A stretch of 63,368 nucleotides of DNA, filler included, from Bonamia ostreae (lineage: Eukaryota), in the NCBI GenBank assembly GCA_040357525.1. It is 42 parts of 42 records of this genome, joined end to end, with 100 filler letters (N's around TTAATTAATTAA, not from the genome) between each part and the next. Parts side by side here need not be neighbours in the genome. Positions count along the whole stretch, not along the records: positions 22,775 to 24,187 come from JBDODL010001863.1; positions 24,288 to 25,700 come from JBDODL010001864.1; positions 25,801 to 27,213 come from JBDODL010001865.1; positions 27,314 to 28,725 come from JBDODL010001866.1; positions 28,826 to 30,237 come from JBDODL010001867.1; positions 30,338 to 31,749 come from JBDODL010001868.1; positions 31,850 to 33,261 come from JBDODL010001869.1; positions 33,362 to 34,772 come from JBDODL010001870.1; 34 more parts are not named here. The stretch is one strand, 5' to 3'. Below are positions 23,241-36,970 of the stretch, in pieces. A program made the position numbers and the translations under genes. Numbering within the stretch: position 1 is the stretch's first letter; each line of letters starts with the position of its first letter. Below the pieces are notes generated by a model, which saw only the letters and a list, made by a program, of their open reading frames with translations, made no database searches and was not told the origin of the DNA.

Positions 23241-24287
23241 ATACTAATCAAACACATGTACACCTGCAAAACGACATAAATGGACCATTCTACATTAATG
23301 CAGACCAACTAAATGTTAGCGTAGATTTATTCCACGACTAAGGCAAGTTTTTCTTTTCAGTTTATTGATTAGTGGGTCCCGCTTAATTATGATAAACACA
23401 ATTATGCTTTCATGTTCTCGATCAAACTCTGCTCAAACAAAATGGCGGTGCCCATGACATTTGATACATTGCCAAGCGTTTGCTCCGTCCACTCTCACGC
23501 GCGGATCCAAAATCAAACTAGTGGCTGTACCGGTAAAGGCCAATTTATCTCGGGAATTACTGCCAGATGACTGCAATTGACTGTAACTAACACAAATAAT
23601 ACCACGATTACCTTCATGGTAAGCCAATTCTTCTTTCCATCAAACAATTGTGAAGATAACGATCGGTGGTCATTTTTTAAAATCCTATAAAGAATTCAAA
23701 GTGAAAACTAGGGCAAACACGTACCCTGGATACACCGGATGTTGGAAGAGCGGGGAGTAAGGAATATTTATTGATCTCTTGAGCCCTATCTTGATCTGGT
23801 AAACGGAGTTATCTTAACTCATAATACTCGTAAACATCATGTCAAGACCAGTCTAACAATTGTTACGAATCAAGTTAGACAACATTCGACCTCGTAATTC
23901 GATAATTAAACCGTAAGACTTTATGAAAATCAGAAAATACTCGTCAACTGACAATTATTCCAATTACATCAAAGGAATGGAAGTTGTCGAAATTCAACCT
24001 TAAGTACAATACTTCACAATCCAGTTTGAAATCAGTATAACATTTATTTTATAGTTTTTTTTAAACATTCCTATGAAATTTTAGATTCATTCACTCTCTA
24101 TTTAGATTGAAAGCATTACTTGTGAATGAAAGGCGACGATAGCAAACAGTGATCAATATCATAACATCCACAAGGAATACGAAATAANNNNNNNNNNNNN
24201 NNNNNNNNNNNNNNNNNNNNNNNNNNNNNNNTTAATTAATTAANNNNNNNNNNNNNNNNNNNNNNNNNNNNNNNNNNNNNNNNNNNN

Positions 24288-25513
24288 ATCGTCTTCTACG
24301 ACGGCGGCAAATTGTCTCAATGCAGATCGACGCCCAGCATTTTGCTCAAACAACCCGCCAACAAAACTCCAAACATTTTCGACCAAAAGAATCCGCCCGA
24401 AAATTCTGCCGAAAACGAAAATCCGACTCGTAAAAATATCGTCGAAGACGACTACAAAGACGACGGTTTCGGCGAATTCGAACGACACACAAAAGGCGTC
24501 GGCCTGCGCATTCTGGAAAAACACGGTTTCAAAGACCGCCTCGGCGCCGGCGAGGACGGCAGACTGAACCCAGTCCTCCCACACAATGTCAATTCGCGCT
24601 GTCTCGGCGATTTCTTCAAAGCTAAAAATGCGTTGCTGCTCAGTTCTCCTGAGCAATCCGCCGTTTCTACCGAAATCGAAGACTCTTCTTCCGATTTTAA
24701 CCGCAAAGACAAAGGTTGTAACAACAATTTTTTCGATTTTAAATCTTTTCAAACTTCATTAAAATCTTTTCAAACAACATTAAAATCTTTTCGAGAACGA
24801 AAATTTTTTTTAAATTGTTGTTTTTAGAGAACGACAGCGATAACGAAAACAGCGATTTTGGAGAGGACGACGATTTTTTCTTTAAAGTCGATTATTGTAA
24901 CAACGGTAACAACAAAAATGACCACAAAGATATCAAGAGAAGTCCCGACATCAACGACATCGAAAGTCCCGATGAGAACGGTTCTTTCGGCAAAACCGAA
25001 AAAGATACCAAAAAGGACGAAAAAATAGATTTTGGAGAAGACGACTCGGAAGCAAATTGGGACTTCGCAAAAGATATTGACGGGGACCAAAACAAAAGCT
25101 ACGCAGAAGAGGGTTTCCGGAGCAGAAAGAGCGAACGAGAGCGCAGAGAAGCGCTCCGCACAAAATGGCTTCGAAGAGGCGAAAGAGAAATGGCCGAATC
25201 CGAAAAGTTGAAAATCAGCCAAACGGTCGAAAACTGTCTGGACAGAGCCTTCCAAAGCGACGGTGACGTGTTGCGGTGCGCCCAAGTTGTTGGAATGAGC
25301 GAGGAGAAAGGCGGCGGCGAAGTTGCTCAGAACGGCGAATGGGGGGACCCGGAAAGGGCGTTGCGCAGCGAAGAAAGCGAAGAGGAGTTCGCGAGAGCGG
25401 ACAGAGATTCGGATCCGTTTGGGCTGTTGGATGCGGAGGACGACATGGAATTCGAAGAACCGGATTCGGATCCGCTCAAAGACGCCTATCGAGGCAGAAA
25501 GTTTTTTTGTTAA
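24288..25513 (+). CDS. G-patch domain protein (ZGPAT/TFIP11-like G-patch), 5' partial
   Basis: GEFERHTKGVGLRILEKHGF...LGAGEDGRLNPV; phase-1 intron 24715-24827 joins it to the acidic ORF ending at 25513. Confidence 0.75.
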
Positions 25514-25842
25514 ACATCATTTTTTTGCCAATGTTTGAGCTTTTTGTTAAAATTTATCGTTTTTGCCAGTTTTTTTTATCTTTTTGTTAAAAGTTTTGTC
25601 GATTGTTGACCTTTTTGTTGAAAATTGCTGGGTGTTTGCCAATTTTGAGCAGTTTGTTGTATGTGATTGGGTGGCGAGTTTTTGTGGGGTTGGGTTGGAT
25701 NNNNNNNNNNNNNNNNNNNNNNNNNNNNNNNNNNNNNNNNNNNNTTAATTAATTAANNNNNNNNNNNNNNNNNNNNNNNNNNNNNNNNNNNNNNNNNNNN
25801 GACATTTTCGATAAAAACGTGTTATCGAATAAGACTAAAAAC

Positions 25843-26267
25843 TTGTACACCGACATAGCGTGCCCAGTACATGCAATCAGCTGCACCGCCCGCAATTGTA
25901 CACAAAATATTTTTTGCCACTGGAACTATCTTCTTTACGTTATTTGAACCTTTTATGTTCAAATTTTTTCAAAGAACTGAAATTTTGAAAAACTGATATA
26001 AGAGGATCCCATGCTGCTCCTCGAATCGACAGCGACGATAACAGCGTCTTTGATTTTGAATGCCAACGTAGTAGTTCCGTGAGCATATTTAATGGCGGGT
26101 TCGATCGGATTTTCAAAACTTTTAGGAGAGAATGGATTTCTCGCAAAGCTCAAATATTGTTTGTTATCGGGTTTTCGGTTTTGTTTAATGTCGATTATTT
26201 TATGGTAGTTTTTGGGTGGAAGAGGGATTGTGCTGTTTAATGGCGCTTTTTGTTTATGTAGCGACAT
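25843..26267 (-). CDS. PSMB5: Proteasome beta-5 subunit, 3' partial
   Basis: Propeptide then HG|TTTLAFK...VAVDSR; intron 25950-25993 then SSNNVKKIV...CTIAGGAADCMYW. Confidence 0.95.
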
Positions 26268-27313
26268 TGCTAATTTTTTAATTTAGTTTTTTGGCGGTTT
26301 AGCATAAATGGTTTTAATTTAGTTATTAATTTTAATTTAGTTATGTTAGTTTTTAAGATCTATTTTAAATGGCGTATTTTCAAAATTTTACAAAACCGAA
26401 ATTCACTCAGTCGGTAAAAATTTATTTACATTTGGGATAAATTATAAAATATTTAGTCTTTAAATTTTAGATTTGGCGGAATGCTTTTCAATCTGTTACT
26501 TGCTTTTTCTATAAGACTGAATTCATATTCTAAACGATTTTGAAGATATTTTATTAATATTTTTGGCGATTTTATAGCAACCAAATCTTTTGATGGTATT
26601 TCAATGTCCAAATCCTGTTCTATTTTTGATATAATCTTTAATTAATAATCAAGAACAAATTTTTGTGATGTGAATAAAAGAAACATCAAATTTATCTTTA
26701 AAATTTTCAAAATTTGCCATATTTTTAGAATATTTTAACACTGAATCGGAAAAATCATAATTTTTGCCAAATTTGGATATTCCCGCGTTTATAGAATGTT
26801 TTTCAAAATTTATTACAAATGTTCTTTTTACAACTTTATTCATTCTCAACATTCAAATTTCCTAAATTTGATATTATATATAAATTTGATAATATTGTTT
26901 TAGACTAAATTTTTTTACAATTTAACCAAGTTTCCACATTTTGCATTTTACTGTTTTCGAAGATTTGATGTTTATAAATTTTATCCATTATCGAAACAAA
27001 ATTTGAATTTTTATAAATTTGTAATGCTTTTAAATTATATATTTTCTCATCAATTTTTTCAATTTTTTCTTTTTGCGCTTTTGTTTCTTTCGCAATTTTT
27101 TAATTTTTTTCATGTCCTTTTTTGACGGCATTTCTGGACAATAATTTTGCGGTTTTTTCTTTTCAATTTCATCAAACGTTTAGTCTAAAAATTCAATCGG
27201 GGCTTCTTTCATTNNNNNNNNNNNNNNNNNNNNNNNNNNNNNNNNNNNNNNNNNNNNTTAATTAATTAANNNNNNNNNNNNNNNNNNNNNNNNNNNNNNN
27301 NNNNNNNNNNNNN

Positions 27314-27475
27314 ATAAATTTTACATTCATCGTATCCTAAAGAACCTTCACACTAAAACGGAAAGAAAAGGCCCTTTAGTTTTCAAGAATTTTAAAAAAT
27401 GTAAATTTGCTAACGCGTGACAACGGACGAAGACCAAAAACAATGGGTCACCTGATACACTCAGGTGACCTAAAA
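27314..27475 (+). mobile_element. 3' end of a non-autonomous Helentron/HINE-like bivalve element (host)
   Basis: Terminal hairpin GGTCACCTGA tacac TCAGGTGACC followed by TAAAA and preceded by a gacaacggacg microsatellite-like stretch. Confidence 0.65.
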
Positions 27476-28825
27476 GGAAACTATGCAAGCATATAAAGGT
27501 AGATTAATGGATTGAAATATGCTTTTAAATGATGGTTCAACTTTAAGTACATGTATAGAAGTTATTATAAGTCAACATAAAATGACCAAGCGGCACATTT
27601 CGTCATTTGTTGAGATGTAATATGAAGATGCAAACAACATTTGAATTATCCATAAATAATTTTTCCTACCATTCATTACTGTTTTGGTATTGCAGAATCA
27701 TCATTTTCATGCACATACAAGAACAGTGGTCCCAACAATAAGCTTTGGTTAAACAAGTATTTATACAATTTATGAAAGGTAATTAAACATATCTCTTTAC
27801 ATTTCTCTCTACATCCTATTTTTTAAACTATAATAAGCTAGGAGTTTGAACAAAACTATCCTCTGTTATATCATATTATCTTATTTCTGTAATAAATCGC
27901 AATACAATGATTTTCTTTTGCATTGCTAATGTTCTTTTATGCGCAAAATTGTAATTTATGAATTAATGGGATAATACTTTTCTATCATGGGTGATATTTG
28001 ATTCTTCTATCGTACACTTGTGTAAGGTTTGGAAGTTAAAGGCATATGTAGATTTAGTCAATAGCTATGGAAGTGTGTATTCTCTTTATATTTCGCGGCA
28101 GCATACATGAAACTAATCATATTAAGACTAACTTGTTTGAATAAACCGTTGAATAAAATATATAAGCGTCACTTGTTTTCTAATCTACATGATCGATACC
28201 TTTAACAGAAAAGATAACGAATTTTTAATTTTCTATTAATTTTTACAACTTCGTCTGCAAATTTTGCGAATGTATGTACTAATCATTCCACTTTTCAGAT
28301 AAGCAATGTTGATATTGATGGACTTGACATTATTCAACAACTGGAGTGTACTTGATTTAGATTCATATATTATCAATCCTCTTTAAAGATTTTATCGACT
28401 CTAAACAAATAAAATGCGGAAATGGCTATCTTTGGTGGGTCAACAGCTTTTAATTCTATCACCGACATTGCGTAGATTGATAAGAGTCCGTGTGATTATC
28501 ATGCAATACTTTGCAACTGCAGCAAACTATGATATGTCAAACGTTGTGATATTTGATCTTTTCAATTTTTAGTGGATATCATTGTGCATTATAATTTTAC
28601 TATTGTATAATAAAACGTGGAGATAAGGAACTGTGGTGAATCTCACAATTTCTATGATGAATATAGAAATTGAGATTAGGGCAAACATAGACCCCTGGAC
28701 ACATCAAGGTTCACTGGGGTAATCCNNNNNNNNNNNNNNNNNNNNNNNNNNNNNNNNNNNNNNNNNNNNTTAATTAATTAANNNNNNNNNNNNNNNNNNN
28801 NNNNNNNNNNNNNNNNNNNNNNNNN

Positions 28826-30211
28826 TTTCGCTAATTCGAAAAAAATTTAAAATTGCTCAATGAATTGCTTTTAAAATAATAATTTGCCAAACTACAAACT
28901 TTAAACAACCTGCAACTTTCCCAAATTTCTTTCTATACAATTTGTGGAATTTGCCATAGATAATTTCAAAACGATCAAACTTTTTTTCGATGTCCCTTTG
29001 TTTTTCTTCTTCGACCCCATTCACTCTAACAAAAGAATTGCTACCACGACTATAAGCAAAATTTGGAAAGACGTCATCAATAATACTTTCATTCATCGTA
29101 TTAAAGATGCGACCTTTGAAATTGTACATTCCAACACTTTCGTTGACTTCTTCCAAAATTGGCTGAAAATCATTTATTGGCAATTCTTTTCTTATTATCA
29201 TTACAGCTTCTTCAAAAACGTCCAAGGCGCAGACTAGTTCATTTGAAGCGAGAATCCCCAATGCTTCAAATCTACCAATTTCGTAATCTAACGCTTCTCT
29301 CAAATGACTATTTAATGATTAGAAAAATTGCGACATTTTTATGTGGAACAAAAAATTGTCGTTTTTGTAAATTAGAATAAAAAAAATTATAAAAAAGCAA
29401 ATTTGGCAAAAGTTTTAACGCCAAAAATTTTATAAATTTGACAAAAAATCAAATTTGGCAAAACTGGTTAATTTGTTGTGTAATCAATCGATTCAAATCA
29501 ATTTTTCGCCCCAAAAGGTCAAAAGTGTGCGTTTTGGAAATATTTAGAAGTTTGTAAAAATAGATTTTCTTGAAGTTCCCATTATCGTCTTTTCCTTTTT
29601 TCACCCATTTTGGGATTTTTTTCCTTGCGGAAAAACTTAAAGCGGTATTCACGATGATGCGTGAAAATTTGTAAAGAAATTGATCGAACAAAAGGGAAAA
29701 TTCAGACTCTATTTCTTCGTATAAATGTTTCTTCTTGAATACTCTTAAAATTAAAATTTAGTTTTTTCGTGATAATTAAAAGTCGCAAAACAAAATCTTT
29801 TCTTTGTAACAATAAAATTTAGTCATTTAAACGTGATGGCACTAATTGCAGAATCGTCATATATTTTAAAGATTCCAAAAATAAAATTAACATTCTTTGG
29901 CATTTTTGTCACAAAATCGAACAAAGTTCCGGGAAGAGAAAGGTGTGTCGGGAATTGAATGCATTTACTGAACGACAAATTATGCTCTTTGAACCACAAA
30001 AAAGAAGTGTCGCCGACTGAGTATAAAAAACTCTCAAAATTGTAGAAAAACTAAATTTTGAAATATTAATTTTGTCATTTTTAAAATTTTTCAAATTTGG
30101 CAAAAAAACTCGATACAAATTTAAATGGTGAAGAAAATTTTCCCATTTTTTCGTGTTTTCTTTTTTAAAAGATTTTTTGTGCGACATTATTTTTTCTGTT
30201 ACATAAATCAT
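28826..30211 (-). CDS. CYFIP: CYFIP/Sra1/PIR121 (WAVE complex), internal exons
   Basis: LYEEIESE..FDQFLYK; LLGRKIDLNRLITQ; IGRFEA; GRI.......PNFAY....NSFVR. Confidence 0.88.
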
Positions 30212-31604
30212 TCTAAATATCTTTTTTATTATAAATTNNNNNNNNNNNNNNNNNNNNNNNNNNNNNNNNNNNNNNNNNNNNTTAATTAATTAANNNNNNN
30301 NNNNNNNNNNNNNNNNNNNNNNNNNNNNNNNNNNNNNTAAATAAAAAAAAAAATTTAATATCAATATATTATAAAATTTTAAATCTCAAAATAACAAATC
30401 TCAATCTTTAAAAACCGTAAATCCGATTAATTTTAAAGAATTTTTTTAGTTTTCTGTTGGGACATTGCTTCAAAACACACTCCGCATAGCAATTTCTAAT
30501 CCCGTCTATTTTCTTCGGCACATCCATTTCTATCACCAAATTTTCTTCTTCTTCATTTATAAATTTAAATTTTTGTTTCCATTTAAAATTTAGTATTTTG
30601 ACCAAAACATAAAAACCGTCTGTTTTCAGATTGCAGACATTATCATCAAACAATTTTGCTTTAAACTTTAAAATTTAAAAATTCAACATTTTTAATCTGT
30701 TCAAATTTTATGTTTTTATAAATATCGCCGCGTTCGCTCTCGAAAACGACATAAATTCTGTTCAATTTTCCGACTTCCACGTTAAATTTGGAAATCCCGC
30801 TAATTTTTTTCAAAATTTTAAAAGTTCAAAAAACGGAGTGAATTCGTCTAATGAATGGCAAAGATACAATTTTGTAATTTGGTCACTCGGGAAAACATCG
30901 AAAGAAGCGTCCAAATGACGAATTTTCATATTTCTTTGTTCGTTGTGCTTCGCAAAAACTTCAAACGGCACATTCAATTTTCCTTCGGAAACGAACTCTT
31001 TTGGAATTTTCTCCCAATTCAATGTTACCGGAAAGTCTCGAAGACAAAAACTAATTAAACAGTTTTTAGAAATTTTAAAATTTAAAACGTGTGTCCGTCT
31101 TCGAGACGTTCAAGCGGCGTTTTGAAGTGTCCGAAGACTTTTCGGGAATTTAAAGATTGGAAAATGAGACTGCTCACGCCGAAAGACGAATTTGTCGAAT
31201 TCATAAATTCGTCGACTAATCCAAATTCGATGTTTCTGACGTTCGAATGGTTAATTATTTTCAAATCGGTCGATTTTAAAATTATTCTTTTTGGAACTCC
31301 TTTTTTAATAACAAAATTTTTTAATGCAAAATTTGTTTTTTAGACTAAAAAAATAACCTGGATAAACAATAATATGGATAAATCCACAAAGAGAGCGTTT
31401 GTCGTTAACGCTAATTTCCAGACGCATTTTTGTTTTAATTCCTTCCAAAGGAATTTTGTGATTTGTCAACTGAAACGCCTTTGAGAAATTTTTGTTTTTA
31501 ATTTTTTTAGTCAAAACAATTATTTTTTAGTCAATAACAAACTTTAAAATCATAAAGTCCGTAAAAATTTTTGTCTTTGAAATGTTTTATCTTCGCTGAA
31601 ACTT

Positions 31605-31749
31605 TTGTTTTAGTAAAATTTGCAAATCGACAAAATCAAAAAATTGTCTTTTAATAAAATTTGCAAATAGACAAAATCAAAAAATTGTCGTTTTAGCAAA
31701 ATTTGCAAATCGACTAAATCAAAAATTTGTCGTTTTAGTAAAATTTGCA
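31605..31749. repeat. About 42-bp tandem repeat, about 3.5 copies, at the contig end
   Basis: aaatttgcaaatcgacaaaatcaaaaaattgtc unit repeated. Confidence 0.85.
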
Positions 31750-31849
31750 NNNNNNNNNNNNNNNNNNNNNNNNNNNNNNNNNNNNNNNNNNNNTTAATTA
31801 ATTAANNNNNNNNNNNNNNNNNNNNNNNNNNNNNNNNNNNNNNNNNNNN

Positions 31850-33140
31850 CCAAAGAAGGCTGTTATGATATAGATTTAATCGGTTATGAAGATTCCAAAA
31901 TTAGACAATCTCTTTTAAACAATAGTCGTGTGACAATCCATTCCATAAAAAACATAAAAACTTATTTCTTTTTGTTGCCGTTTGTACTTATTTATCGATT
32001 TCTAAACATCTTATATATACTTTTTTCGTTGAAGAAGCAACCAGATTTTTTGTTGCTACAAGTTTTCAGATTATTTTCTTAGAAAGTAAAATTACAAAAA
32101 TAATTATAAAGATAAATCGAAATCTGTAAAATTTTAATAATTTTATAAAGAACCCGCCATCCCATCCAACATTTGTTATTGCTTTAGTTTACCGATTTTT
32201 TAAAAAGAGCAAAATAATTATTGACTGGCATAATTTCGGATTTACTATTTTAAGCTTAACCGGATTAAATAAATTTTCAAGATTTTACGAATAGTTTTTT
32301 CATATTCAATAATTAACCATTTTATTAATTTTGGTTCAACATTGAAATACATATTATTAAATAGTTTTGAGTTTAAGTATGGGCGCAAAGCAGACGGTCA
32401 TTTATGTGTTAGTAAATTGATGGCGAAGGAATTAAAGAAGAGAAAAATAATGTTTTAAATTTATTTTACATAATTTCCTGCAATAAAATTAAAAAAGGAA
32501 CATAAAGACTTTATACGATTTTTCAAATAGTGAACATTGCAAATCGACTGCAATCGAAACATTTAAAGTTTAATTTTAAAAAAATTAGCTTTTGCGGAAA
32601 ATTGCAGGGGAAAATGAAAAAGTAGCAGCCATGTTTGAAGTTAAAAAGGATAAAAATATATTAACATCAAAATCGAGTATTTTAAACGAATACTATTTTA
32701 GAAAAAACAGGCCATTTTTGATTATTTCTTCAACTTCATGGACACCGGATGAAGATTTTTCTATTTTACTTAATTGTATCAAAATTTTAGATAAAATGTG
32801 TCAGAAAAAATACATTTTTGTGATTAGTGGGTTTTTAATTAACAAGAGCCAATTTTAAATATTGATTTCAAAATAAAAATTTGCAAAAACAGTAAAGGGA
32901 AATTAAAAAAATATTACGAACAGAAAATACAAAAAACAAAATTTAAAAATTGCAAAATAATTCTATTGTGGTTAAATTGCTACGAAGATTATTCCGTTTT
33001 GTTGGGTTTATAATTTCATAATTAGGTAGTTGTGATGCAGGGATATCAATGCACTACTCTTCATCTGGATTCGATCTACCTATGAAAATATTAGATATGC
33101 ACGGCTGTAATTTACCTGTTTTTTCTATCGAATATGAATG
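31850..33140 (+). CDS. ALG1: Chitobiosyldiphosphodolichol beta-mannosyltransferase, multi-exon partial
   Basis: Q|NPPSHPT; IDWHNFGFTILSL; SSTSWTPDEDFSILL; ISG|KG; HYSSSGFDLPMKILDMHGCNLPV. Introns include 32062-32150, 32568-32588 (21 nt) and 33006-33025 (20 nt). Confidence 0.95.
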
Positions 33141-33409
33141 GTTTTATTTGCTAATTAGTTTAATTTTTTGAAATCTAAAATTTGGCAAAATTTATTAGCC
33201 AAAAACAAAATTTGTTGTAAATCTAATATTTTCAAACATTTAATAAAAATCAAAAAAGAACNNNNNNNNNNNNNNNNNNNNNNNNNNNNNNNNNNNNNNN
33301 NNNNNTTAATTAATTAANNNNNNNNNNNNNNNNNNNNNNNNNNNNNNNNNNNNNNNNNNNNTGTGATCTGATCTCCTTTTCATGTTTTCAAGAATTTTGA
33401 TTTGAAAGT

Positions 33410-33700
33410 CGGTAACGAAATGAAAACCAAACCGTGACTGAATGATAAATGAACGGTGATTGAACTGTCATTATTAGGTTGCTATGATAACTGAACGGTC
33501 ACTAAAAGGTGACACAATGTTCAATATAAGGTAACAAAGTGACAGCTAAAATATGGCTGAATGATAACTGAAATGTGACTGAATAGTTACTATAGTGTGA
33601 GTAAATGATGACTATAAAATGACTGAATTATCATTGAAATGTTCCTGCAATTCAGTTCTCTGAATTGTCCCCGAAAAGTATCAGTAAACTGACTAAATAG
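33410..33700 (-). repeat. Second copy of the 11-bp minisatellite repeat family (host)
   Basis: gtgactgaa-type 11-mers; atgttcctgcaattc is approximately the reverse complement of gaatggcagggacat at ~11877. Confidence 0.6.
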
Positions 33701-35759
33701 ATCTTTATCCATGACAATTCAAGAATCATTCCACGATGACTAGATGGTGGCATTTCATCTTGTGTGCGTTGTAAATGTACATGCAGAGGGATATTCATAT
33801 ATCACATTTCGCGCCGTCATTCTCATTTGAAATCGATTTACATAGCTTTTGATTACAACATTGGTATGTCCAATATTGATGATTCACTCTAAAGAAAATT
33901 TCAAAACCCACTTCGATTCCAAACGTATTTAGAACATCCATCATAATGTATTTTATTCAATTTAAGCATAATTACAAAACCTGCTGCATGTTTTAAAGAG
34001 ATTTAAATCCTTGTTCATCTCGATATCCAAACATGAATTTCAATTACATAAAAAGTGTAAAGATAAAAAACAGATGAAGAATTTGGTCCCACGTCAAGAT
34101 TTCCAACCTCTGACAGGCACATTGTATGAATGTAGATGCCTATAGATTAGGCTCATTCAATTATTAGGGCAAAATACTCGACAATTTAAAAATATGTATA
34201 TGAAATACCACCTACAGATTAATGATTTGTTTAAAAACATTTTCTCATCATGACAAAGTTAACATATTGTGTTGTGTTGTCATGGTGCAAAGTCAATCAA
34301 CAGATCTTTTTCATAGTAAAGCATGAAGCATACAGCATTCAAATGACCTGAATAAAATCTTCAATTTGTATGTTAGCAATAGAGTAATTCTTTGAATCCA
34401 TAAAGATGACTGATATTTAGATTTAGAGAATAACAGCCACCTTATTTTGTTATTTGCAGTCATTAACGCAGATTTGGCAGTCGCACTTTTGAGTTTTTAC
34501 AGGCCAGACATTAGCCGTTTGCGACCGGGAGATATTTCCATTTAAATCCAATTGTATAATGTCGATGTCTTATTTTGTCGGAAGCTATATAATTAAATTA
34601 TATGAGCTATGTCGTGAAATGTTCATGTGTGCCATTCTACAATTATTAACTTTTGATGAGATATATGCTCTTGATTTTACGGACCTACGTAAGCCGAGGT
34701 CAACCAATACCTGACCAAGTCCGTATAGTCACGAGTATATCTAATGGAAAATCAACGGTTTTTTTATTCATTNNNNNNNNNNNNNNNNNNNNNNNNNNNN
34801 NNNNNNNNNNNNNNNNTTAATTAATTAANNNNNNNNNNNNNNNNNNNNNNNNNNNNNNNNNNNNNNNNNNNNTGACATATGAATGAAATGAATATTGTTC
34901 AGAAAGAAAACGTCGCCTATATATTCAAATGTTGAGTTGAAAGCCAGGTAACAATGAAATATTGCTACATAAAAATGGAAAGTCTTTTTTATTATATTTC
35001 TTTGATATTATCCTTGATATCATATACACTGTAAGTCTCCGATTCTTGATACATAATATGCACTTGGCAATGTCTGTATTTGTATCATGGGAGAATGCCA
35101 TAATGTGTTATCTTTATTTCCAATAGCTATCAAGTGTTCCAGCTGGATATGTGTAAATATATTTGTCAAATGATTCCTTGTCATATTTTTCTGATAGCGT
35201 ATGCTTCTAATCATCGATTGTACATTCATATTGATATAGTATTGTGACCTTGAAATCGTCTCTGATAGGCATATATATTTCGAATAAGAAAGTCAATAAT
35301 GTGTAAACAATGACTTGGTGTAATTGAACGATGAAGATTGTTTTCTGATATTTTGCGTGAAACCAGGAGAGGAAAAAAGTAGCTATTTGAGAATGTTTGA
35401 CATTTTGGATCAAATATTAAGGATACTGAAAATTTGTGACACCCCAGCATTTGTCACGAAATTGTAAATACGCTCATCCTTTCTAATAATTTTATATTTC
35501 AATACTATATTCTCTTCCACTTGCGCTGAAGCGTGGCATTGCAGGCACTTTGAAAATATATAAATTTTGGGTCACGCGATTGTATGATCATGTGAAACTA
35601 AAAATGGGGATTCCCTCGTGAATATCAAATATTTCTAATTTCGCCTAACAAATGCAGATGTAAGTAGCGACATGAATTACATTGCTAATGAGATATACCA
35701 TTATGGCTGACATAATTATGGTCTTTCTAAATATGCACTCAATTTACTTTCAATTTTAA

Positions 35760-36235
35760 CAGAAGTAAATGTGATTTTTAAACATACAAGTAATGAATAC
35801 CATATGAAAAATTTGGCCCCACGTTGGACTTTGATGGGAGCCAAGAAATTTGTAAGTTTGGAAGAAGGCAACCTGAATATGTTGTCACTTGTATTTGGTG
35901 TCAGCAGAATAAAACCGTTATATTCCCATTTTGGTCTCTTCCTTGAGACCGAGGCTCATGGAATTTACAATTTCAGTACAGAGTTCCCTGTTTTGAATTA
36001 CAATGTGTTCAGTTTTCTTTTCAAATGTAAAGACCTAAAGAAGATGTTTGCAAATTAGCCAACATTTAGGAAGTTCGTAATCATGTAATTCATAGTTTAG
36101 ATTCCTCTTATACCAAATTTGAAAAAAAAATTGCTTGAGTAGTTATCAAGAAGTTGAATATTTGAAATCTTCAATGCACAACAAATAACAATTATATGTA
36201 AATGGCAGCCCAATTGACTCGGTTGACCTAAAACG
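35760..36235 (+). mobile_element. Helentron-like element carrying degenerate oyster ~170-bp satellite-like units (host)
   Basis: Recalled satellite-like motifs (catggaatttacaattt, ataccaaatttg, aagaagatgttt) ending in ...gactcggttgacctaaaa, like the end at 27465. Confidence 0.5.
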
Positions 36236-36608
36236 TTAAAGTAATCTCAAGCTTTTACAATATGCATGCTAATATAGCACAATNNNNNNNNNNNNNNNNN
36301 NNNNNNNNNNNNNNNNNNNNNNNNNNNTTAATTAATTAANNNNNNNNNNNNNNNNNNNNNNNNNNNNNNNNNNNNNNNNNNNNTCTGTTGAGAAAAATGA
36401 TTGTTGAAATGGAAAATAAAGGCGATGAAGGAAAACTAGAGAAAAAAAAATTGGCATTCAAATTAATTGAAGAAGAATGTGAAACGATCGAGGAGGTGTA
36501 ATGAGGTTACTTGAAAACAATAGAAAAAAGTAAATTCAGAGCTGTTTGTAATATAATGATTAAATTAAATTAATGATTTATGTAACTGAAGATATAAAAA
36601 AATAAAAA

Positions 36609-36718
36609 CGACCTTCCGAAGAAGGCGGAAAAATAGAGAATTCTTGTGATGATCCACTCCACGGTTATCTCTAGTAAAAGGCGAGAGAGAAGCACGTCAT
36701 GAAGTGAACCAAAGATAT
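36609..36718 (-). ncRNA. U5: U5 spliceosomal snRNA
   Basis: Invariant loop I CGCCTTTTACT closed by TCTCT/AGAGA; CCG in the internal loop; outer stem TGGTTCACTTCA/TGGAGTGGATCA; U-rich Sm-like site; 3' hairpin GCCTTC-TTCG-GAAGGT. Confidence 0.93.
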
Positions 36719-36970
36719 TCTCAGAGACGGGTTAACGTCTCAAAAGAATAATTAAGTTATTTGCGTTTGTATTTATATAATTATAGATTTTTATAAATTT
36801 ATGGGATTTCTGTTTTTATATTATATATAAATATTAAACCAAATTTTTTTATGGGATTCTCATTGTTGTAAAACCTCAACAATTTTTTGGTCACTGGCCA
36901 TTACGTTTAATTTTTTTGTTTTTCTATTAAAACATTATAGTATAATAAACTACATTAGTTAAAGCTTATA

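Noticed and set aside
24240-25590. Many overlapping antisense and alternate-frame ORFs (also around H2B, FKBP and 9704-10217)
   Set aside because: Shadow ORFs of higher-GC coding sequence with no motif support.
30338-31520. Multi-exon parasite gene (similar cases at 21260-22255, 26480-27213, 58274-58869, 61336-61776)
   Set aside because: Probably coding, but there is no recognisable motif and exon boundaries could not be fixed reliably by hand.
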